From positions 135,448-199,447 of the forward strand of contig CAVWDE010000010.1 in NCBI GenBank assembly GCA_963753685.1: a stretch of DNA of 64,000 nt, given 5' to 3'. Position numbers and translations under genes: made by a program. Shown piece after piece: positions 58,104-64,000 of this stretch; positions within the stretch are counted from its first letter, which is position 1, and each line of letters begins with the position of its first letter. The DNA is from an uncultured Alphaproteobacteria bacterium (GTDB lineage: Bacteria > Pseudomonadota > Alphaproteobacteria > Geminicoccales > Geminicoccaceae). The notes under the pieces were generated by a model. The model saw only the letters and a list, made by a program, of their open reading frames with translations, made no database searches and had not been told where the DNA came from.

Positions 58104-59276
58104 TCACGCCTTGGCGAGGCCGAGCTCCTGGTTGTAGAGGCCGATCTCGCCGTGCTGGTCGAGGGCGCGGCCGAGATCGCCTGCGAGGATGCGCATCTCA
58201 CGCGCCGCCCAGCGCACCAGCACGGCATCGCCGAGGTCGACCGGGGCCGCGAAGAACCGGTCGTCGGCGACGTTGGCGACGAACTCCGGCCAGCCGGGCA
58301 CGTCCAGGGTCACCTTGACCCAGGAGCCCTGATACTCGATCGCGTGCACCAGGCCGCTCAGCGCATTGACCTGGCCTGCCCGGCCCGGGCCCGCGAGGCG
58401 CTCCAGCTGGATGCGATCGCGGCGGACGGCGCAGTGGACCGGCGTGCCGACCAGCTGGGCCTGGCCCTGGACCGGCAGCGCGAAGCGGTCGCCCTGCGCG
58501 CTCAGAAGGATCGCCTCGCCGTCCGCGACCGTCGTGACCTTGCCGGACAGCACGTTCTGGCCGCCCATGAAGCGCGCGACGTAGGCGGTCTGCGGCTCGC
58601 TGTAGATCTGTTGCGCCGAGCCCGCCTGCTCGATCCGGCCCTGGTCCATGACCACCACCAGATCGGCGAGTGCGATCGCCTCGAGCTGGGTGTGGGTGAC
58701 GTGGATGAACGTGATGCCGAGCTCGCGCTGCAGGCGCTTGAGCTCGCCGCGCATCTGCAGGCGCAGGAACTCGTCGAGTGCCGAGAGCGGCTCGTCGAGC
58801 AGCAGCACGCGCGGGTTGGTGATCAACGCGCGGGCGAGCGCCACCCGCTGCTGCTGGCCGCCCGAGAGCTGCGCCGGCATGCGGTCGGCGAACGCCTCCA
58901 GATGGACCCGCGCCAGCATCGAGAGCGCCTGCTCGCGGCGCGCCGTCCGGCCGACCCCGCGCATGCGCAGATTGTAGGCGACGTTGTCGAGCACGGTCAT
59001 GTGCGGGAACAGCGCGTAGCTCTGGAACATCATGGCGGTGCCGCGAAGGACCGGCGCCTGGCCGGTGACGTCGTCGCCGCCGATCCGCACCCGGCCAGCG
59101 CTCGGCTCCTCGTGGCCCGCGATCATGCGCAAAATCGTGGTCTTGCCGCAGCCCGACGGGCCCAGCAGGCAGCAGTAGCAGCCGTGCGGGATGGCAAGGT
59201 CGATGCCCTGGACCGCGACCGTCGGGCCGAAGCGCTTGGTCACCTGCTCGAGCTGGATCTCGCCGGCGCCGGCCAT
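58104..59276 (-). CDS. ABC transporter ATP-binding protein (PotA/Fe3+-type with C-terminal TOBE-like domain)
   Basis: Walker A GPSGCGKTT, LSGGQQQRVALARA and LLLDEPLSALD. Confidence 0.92.
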   Translation of the reverse strand: MAGAGEIQLEQVTKRFGPTVAVQGIDLAIPHGCYCCLLGPSGCGKTTILRMIAGHEEPSAGRVRIGGDDVTGQAPVLRGTAMMFQSYALFPHMTVLDNVAYNLRMRGVGRTARREQALSMLARVHLEAFADRMPAQLSGGQQQRVALARALITNPRVLLLDEPLSALDEFLRLQMRGELKRLQRELGITFIHVTHTQLEAIALADLVVVMDQGRIEQAGSAQQIYSEPQTAYVARFMGGQNVLSGKVTTVADGEAILLSAQGDRFALPVQGQAQLVGTPVHCAVRRDRIQLERLAGPGRAGQVNALSGLVHAIEYQGSWVKVTLDVPGWPEFVANVADDRFFAAPVDLGDAVLVRWAAREMRILAGDLGRALDQHGEIGLYNQELGLAKA

Positions 59277-59278
59277 GG

Positions 59279-60133
59279 TCAGGCGCCGCCCGCCGACGCC
59301 CGCAGGACCCGCCGGGTCCGCCGTCTCTGGATCAGCGCGATCGAGCCCAGCGCCAGCGCGATCACCAGGAACGAGACCGCCGTGGTCACCGTGCCGATCG
59401 CGTAGAGCGCGGGCGAGGTGACATTGGTGGTCATGTTCCAGATCTCGAGCGGCAAGGTGTTGCTCGGGCCCACGGCGATCGAGGTGCGTGGGAACTCGTC
59501 GTAGGACAGCGTGAAGCCGAACAGCGCGACCGCGATCATGCCGGGCAACAGGATCGGCAGCACGATCGTCCAGAGGATCGCCCAGCGGCTGGCGCCGAGG
59601 TCGCGCCCCGCTTCCTCGTAGGCGCGGTTGAACCGGCTGAACACGGCGAACATGATCAACAGGCCGAACGGCAGCGTCCAGGTCAGGTGGGCGCCGAGCG
59701 CGGAGGTGTACCAGTTGGTCCTGATGCCGAGGAACTGGAACATCAGGCCGATGCCGAGGCTGACCAAGAGGCCCGGCATGATCAGGCTCGCGATCGCCAT
59801 GTAGAAGATGACGCCGGCGCCGAAGAAGCGCCGCCGGAAGGCGAGCCCGGCCATGACCGAGATCACCACCGTCAGCGCCAGGACCAGGAGCGCCAGCACG
59901 ATCGAGCGTGCGAACGAGCCCGCGATGTCGCCGGTCCGCTGCTGCTCGAACAGGGCATGAAACCAGTTCAGCGAGACCCCGTTCAAAGGGAAGGTCAGGC
60001 CGCCGCTCGGCCCTTGGAACGAGAGGATGTAGATCGCCGACATCGGGCCGTAGAGAAACAGGACGAACAGGGTGAAGAACGCCGCCAGCGCATAGAACGT
60101 CCAGGGCCGCCTCCCCGATCGCACTTGTGCCAT
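59279..60133 (-). CDS. ABC transporter permease (PotC-like)
   Basis: ATG at 60133. The EAA-type loop is ...FNRAYEEAGRDLGASRWAILWTIVLP.... Six predicted TM segments. Confidence 0.88.
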   Translation of the reverse strand: MAQVRSGRRPWTFYALAAFFTLFVLFLYGPMSAIYILSFQGPSGGLTFPLNGVSLNWFHALFEQQRTGDIAGSFARSIVLALLVLALTVVISVMAGLAFRRRFFGAGVIFYMAIASLIMPGLLVSLGIGLMFQFLGIRTNWYTSALGAHLTWTLPFGLLIMFAVFSRFNRAYEEAGRDLGASRWAILWTIVLPILLPGMIAVALFGFTLSYDEFPRTSIAVGPSNTLPLEIWNMTTNVTSPALYAIGTVTTAVSFLVIALALGSIALIQRRRTRRVLRASAGGA

Positions 60134-60144
60134 GGCGTGCCCCC

Positions 60145-61005
60145 TCAGCCGGCCAGCTCGCGGCGGACGTCGACGATCTTGAGGATCGCCGCCACCATCA
60201 GCGAGACGATCACGATCAGGACCACCGCACTCGCCGCCGCCGGCGGGTATTGGAGCATCGCGATCTCGTTCGACATCGCGAATACGACATTGCCGCTCTG
60301 GCCGCCGCTCATGATCTTGACCACGAAGAAATCGCCCATGACCAGCGCGATCACGAAGATCGAGCCCAGTGCTATGCCGGTCTTGGAGAGCGGGATCACG
60401 ATCGTGGTCAGGATCCGAAAGCCGCTGGCCCCGCCGTCGCGCGCCGCCTCGACGATCGCCGGATCGATCCTCGCCATGGCGTTGAAGATCGGAACGATCA
60501 TGAACAAGGTGAACAGATGGACGTAGGCGGTCACGACCGCGAAATCCGAGAACAGCAGAAAGGCCAGGGGATGGTCGACGATGCCGAGCGCCAGCAGGCT
60601 CTGGTTGAAGATGCCATTCAGGCCGAGGAACGGGATCCAGGAGATCATGCGAATGATGTTGGAGGTCCAGAACGGCACCGTGCACAACAGGAAGAGCGCG
60701 ATCTGCCAGAGCAGGGTCTTGACGTGAAAGACCAGGAAATAGGCGACCGTGAAGCCGATCACGAGCGTGATCGCCCAGACCAGCAAAGCGTATTTCAGCG
60801 TGCTTAGGTAAAGGTCGAAGGTCAGGCGCGAGCTGAACAGCTCGACGTAATTCTGCAGCGTGAAGGTCGGGATCAGGCTGACGATGTCGTAGTCGAAGAA
60901 GCTGACCACGACCACGAGCGCCAGCGGCACCCCCAGGAACAACAGCAGGACCAGGGTCAGCGGCAGGACCTGGAGGTAGGGGATCAGGCGCTCGGGGATG
61001 TGCAT
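60145..61005 (-). CDS. ABC transporter permease (PotB-like); an alternative start is at 61053
   Basis: ...MHIPERLIPYLQVLPLTLVLLLFLGVPL... and the EAA-type loop ...ARIDPAIVEAARDGGASGFRILTTIVIP.... Confidence 0.85.
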   Translation of the reverse strand: MHIPERLIPYLQVLPLTLVLLLFLGVPLALVVVVSFFDYDIVSLIPTFTLQNYVELFSSRLTFDLYLSTLKYALLVWAITLVIGFTVAYFLVFHVKTLLWQIALFLLCTVPFWTSNIIRMISWIPFLGLNGIFNQSLLALGIVDHPLAFLLFSDFAVVTAYVHLFTLFMIVPIFNAMARIDPAIVEAARDGGASGFRILTTIVIPLSKTGIALGSIFVIALVMGDFFVVKIMSGGQSGNVVFAMSNEIAMLQYPPAAASAVVLIVIVSLMVAAILKIVDVRRELAG

Positions 61006-61056
61006 CGGGTCCGGCGGCGCGCAAGGGGCGGCCGCAGCCGCCCCCGCGCTCAAAGA

Positions 61057-62388
61057 TCAGGCGGCGATGAACTCGTTCCAGCGCTGGATCATGTAGCGGT
61101 TCTCGTCCATGAGCGTGTTCCAGCAGGCGACGTTGCCCATGCGCTCCCAGAACGAGCCGCCATCGCGCACCCGGCCGGCATCCTCCATGTGATTGCCGTA
61201 GGGGTCCTTGATCTCCTCGGTCGCGGGCTTGCCCTCGTACCAGTAGTCCCATTCGTTCTGGGTCATGAACTTCTTCGCGGTCTCGGGCACCGAGGTGTAG
61301 TAGCCCTGCTTGGCGATGAACCCGCCCTGCCAGCCGGACTGGTACCAGTTGAGATATTCGTAGGCGGCATCGAGCTTGAGGCCCTTGAGGTGCGCCATGG
61401 GTGCGATGCAGCTGCCCCAGGCCCGGTAGCCCTCCTTGAGCGGCACGTAGTAGCAGGCGATCTTGCGCGAGCGCACTGCGGTGACCGCCGGCGACCACAT
61501 CGACTGCAGGACCACCTCGCCCGAGGCCATCAGGTTGACGCTCTCGTCGAAGGTCGACCAGAAGGCGCGGAACTGGCCGGCCTTCTTGGCGGCGATCAGG
61601 GCATCGATGGTCTTGTCGATCTCCTCTTTGGTCATGTTGCCCTTGTCGCCGTACTTGAGGTCGCCACGGGATTCGAGCGCCATGGCGGCGTCCATGATGC
61701 CGATCTGGGGCACGTCGACCAGCGCGGTCTTGCCCGCGAACTCCGGATTGAGCAGCTCGTGCCAGTGCTCGATCGGCCGCTTGATCAGATCCGGCCGCAG
61801 GCCCAGCGTGTCGGCATTGTAGACGGTCGGAATCGCGGTCGCGTAGCCGGTCGGCCCCTTGGCGAACTTGGTGTCGCCCGGCTTCTCGACGTACTGGACC
61901 TCATAGGGGTTGATGCCCTGGCGCGAGACCTCGCGGCCGTCCGGATACTGGCCCTTGGTGAAGATCGGCACGACCTGGTCCCACCACTTGTACTTCTTCA
62001 GGTCGACCGGCTGGATGATGGCGCGCGGCACCGTGTACATCAGGAAGAAGAACTCGGTGTCGGCGATGTCGAGCGATTGCGGCTGGCTGACCAGCCGGTT
62101 CAGGAGCGCGGCGTGGTCCGCGGTCTGCATCTCGACCTTGAAGCCCAGGTCCTCGCTCGCCTTGCGGGCGATGTCGATGATCGCCGAGTAGGAGCCGCCG
62201 ACCTGGAGCAGCGTCACGTCCTTGATGTTCTGCGCCCAGATCGTCGGGAAGCCGGTGAGCGCGCCGGAGCCTGCGGCCAGCCCCGCGCCCGCGGCGGCGC
62301 CCTTGAGAACCGAGCGCCGACTCCAGCCGCCGGCATCGCCGGTCGGCGCGCCAGCACTGCCTGCGCTCGTCGTTCGCTTGTCGGACAT
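61057..62388 (-). CDS. ABC transporter substrate-binding protein (polyamine/opine-type family, Tat signal)
   Basis: ATG at 62388 follows AAGGAGG. Tat motif SRRSVLKGAAAGAGLAAG. The body is PotD/PotF-like. Confidence 0.88.
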   Translation of the reverse strand: MSDKRTTSAGSAGAPTGDAGGWSRRSVLKGAAAGAGLAAGSGALTGFPTIWAQNIKDVTLLQVGGSYSAIIDIARKASEDLGFKVEMQTADHAALLNRLVSQPQSLDIADTEFFFLMYTVPRAIIQPVDLKKYKWWDQVVPIFTKGQYPDGREVSRQGINPYEVQYVEKPGDTKFAKGPTGYATAIPTVYNADTLGLRPDLIKRPIEHWHELLNPEFAGKTALVDVPQIGIMDAAMALESRGDLKYGDKGNMTKEEIDKTIDALIAAKKAGQFRAFWSTFDESVNLMASGEVVLQSMWSPAVTAVRSRKIACYYVPLKEGYRAWGSCIAPMAHLKGLKLDAAYEYLNWYQSGWQGGFIAKQGYYTSVPETAKKFMTQNEWDYWYEGKPATEEIKDPYGNHMEDAGRVRDGGSFWERMGNVACWNTLMDENRYMIQRWNEFIAA

Positions 62389-62583
62389 CGAAGCCTCCTT
62401 GGAATCCCTGAGGTTTTGCCCGCCCGGTGTCCGGGCCCGGCCCATTGCGCGGCGCGCACCGGTCGCCATCCGACCGCCTGCCGCCGCGATTGCCGGCAAT
62501 CTTGCCGCCCCGGCGCCCCGACCGCAAGCGGCCGAATCGGCCCCGGCCACGATTCCCTCCGCGCCGGGGCAGGACCGGTGCCC

Positions 62584-63327
62584 TCACCCGCCTCTGGCGA
62601 GCACCGGTCCGGGCGTATGCCGCAGGGCGATCGGCGCACTCTCGATCTCGCGCAAAAGCTTCCTGCGAATCGCCCGCGCGAAGTCGTCGAAGTCCTTGGC
62701 GACCAGCAGGAACGCGTCCGGCCCGCCGATCACATGGTCGGCGTAGTAGAGATCGACCGTCGGCTCCTCGTTGACGATCGCCAGGCCATTGATGGTGATC
62801 CGCGCGGCCACGGCGGCATCGCGCACCGGACCGGGATCGGCGCCGACGTTGCTCGGGCCGTCGCCCGAGATGTCGATCACCTGGCGACCGCCGGTGAACC
62901 GGTTCTGCTGCAGCAGCCGGATCGCGGAGGCGAGCGCGTTGGCGATCCCGGTCTCGGCCTGGAAACGGCGCCCCATGGTCTCGATCCGGCGCGCGAAGGC
63001 CTCTGCCGAGGCGGCATCGCGGACCAGGGTCCAGTCGATCGCCACGTCCTGCTGGAACCGCCCGGACCATTGCACCAAGGCGACCGCGATGCCGCGCCGC
63101 CCGCGCGCCTGCAGGGCGCCCAGCACCTCGGGATCGCGGAACGCCTCCGCGAGGCCCCGGGTCTGCAGTTCGTACTCGGGCGGATCGACGCTGCCCGAGA
63201 CGTCGACCGCCAGCACCAGCTCGAGATCGACCGGGGTCAGGGTCTCGGCCGCGAGCGGCCTGCCGCCCGCGAGCAGCGCCGCCAGGAGGCCGAGGGCGAA
63301 GGTCCTGCCGGTCAAACGAGTGATCAC
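62584..63327 (-). CDS. DUF1194 (vWA-like) domain protein
   Basis: GTG at 63327. Signal peptide, then ...[23 protein letters not shown]...VALVQWSG...[10 protein letters not shown]...INGLAIVNE.... Confidence 0.75.
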   Translation of the reverse strand: MITRLTGRTFALGLLAALLAGGRPLAAETLTPVDLELVLAVDVSGSVDPPEYELQTRGLAEAFRDPEVLGALQARGRRGIAVALVQWSGRFQQDVAIDWTLVRDAASAEAFARRIETMGRRFQAETGIANALASAIRLLQQNRFTGGRQVIDISGDGPSNVGADPGPVRDAAVAARITINGLAIVNEEPTVDLYYADHVIGGPDAFLLVAKDFDDFARAIRRKLLREIESAPIALRHTPGPVLARGG

Positions 63328-63452
63328 GCCGGCGCGGCCTCCGTTTGTCGTCTTGCCATCCCCGAAACCTCGGCTACCATTCCTGGCCCGTTCGGCGGTC
63401 CCGGCGGGGCATAACGAACAGACGACCCAACAACACCGCGCGGAGGGGCGAG

Positions 63453-64000
63453 ATGGCAAAGGAAATCTTTTGTGCCTACGGCGTCGACGTCGATGCGGTC
63501 GCCGGCTGGCTCGGCTCCTACGGCGGCGAGGACAGCCCGTGCGACATCTCGCGCGGCATGTTCTCGGGCGAGGTCGGCTCGCCGCGCCTGTTGCGCCTGT
63601 TCGAGCGCTTCGGGATCAAGACCACCTGGTTCATCCCGGCGCACTCGATCGAGACCTTCCCCGAGCAGATGCAGGCGGTGGCGGACGCCGGCCACGAGAT
63701 CGGCATGCACGGCTACAGCCACGAGAACCCGATCGCGATGACGCCCGAGCAGGAAGAAGCCGTCTTCGACAAGTGCATCGAGTGCATCACCAAGCTCTGC
63801 GGCCAGTCGCCGCGCGGCTACGTCGCCCCCTGGTGGGAATTCGGCCCCAAGACCAACGAGCTCCTGCTGGCCAAAGGGATCAAATACGACCACTCGTTGA
63901 TGCACAACGATTTTCACCCGTTTTACACCCGGGTCGGGGACAGCTGGACCAAGATCGATTTTTCCAAACACCCCAGCGCCTGGATGAAACCGCTCCAGCG
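63453..64000 (+). CDS. Polysaccharide deacetylase-family protein (PuuE-like), 3' end outside the window
   Basis: This ORF is not in the supplied track because there is no stop in the window. ATG at 63453 follows GGAGGGG. My own translation is [42 protein letters not shown]...[13 protein letters not shown]...[14 protein letters not shown]...[10 protein letters not shown].... Confidence 0.8.
   Translation, partial: MAKEIFCAYGVDVDAVAGWLGSYGGEDSPCDISRGMFSGEVGSPRLLRLFERFGIKTTWFIPAHSIETFPEQMQAVADAGHEIGMHGYSHENPIAMTPEQEEAVFDKCIECITKLCGQSPRGYVAPWWEFGPKTNELLLAKGIKYDHSLMHNDFHPFYTRVGDSWTKIDFSKHPSAWMKPLQ

Overview
High-GC chromosomal segment (roughly two-thirds G+C by eye). Gene order looks alphaproteobacterial: argJ-PPIase-secA, argD-argF-hslO and tamA/tamB. 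I can support about 60 protein-coding genes. I saw no rRNA, intact tRNA, CRISPR array, transposase or integrase. All functional calls come from recognising family motifs in the supplied translations, not from database searches.

Housekeeping genes (secA, argJ/D/F, ald, ampG, galE, tamA/tamB, hslO) are intact. Several accessory genes carry reading-frame breaks:
- an ABC solute-binding protein, at about 10.38 kb
- a Na/Pi cotransporter, at about 36.12 kb
- an alpha/beta hydrolase, at about 46.79 kb
- a glutamine-synthetase-like gene, broken three times between 48.7 and 50.0 kb
- a probable stop loss that fuses an N-formylglutamate amidohydrolase to an acetamidase (50.2-52.0 kb)

Nearly all of these breaks have the same polarity (one extra nucleotide, or two missing), and five lie within 46.8-51.1 kb.

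Lower-GC islets and other points of interest:
- a ccdAB pair at 3.2-3.8 kb
- a 12.7-14.4 kb islet holding a degraded RelE-type toxin, its intact XRE antitoxin, a downstream ORF with an HEPN-type R-N-x3-H motif, and a Cys-rich secreted protein. This is my best candidate for an undescribed module.
- a convergent pair of a prodomain-less C1 cysteine peptidase and a chagasin-family inhibitor lipoprotein (16.8-18.3 kb)
- a 670-bp non-coding gap (52.0-52.7 kb) with two diverged tandem repeats that each keep a hairpin through G-U-compatible substitutions
- a 4 x 21-bp tandem repeat at an ABC ATPase gene junction
- several orphan transporter components
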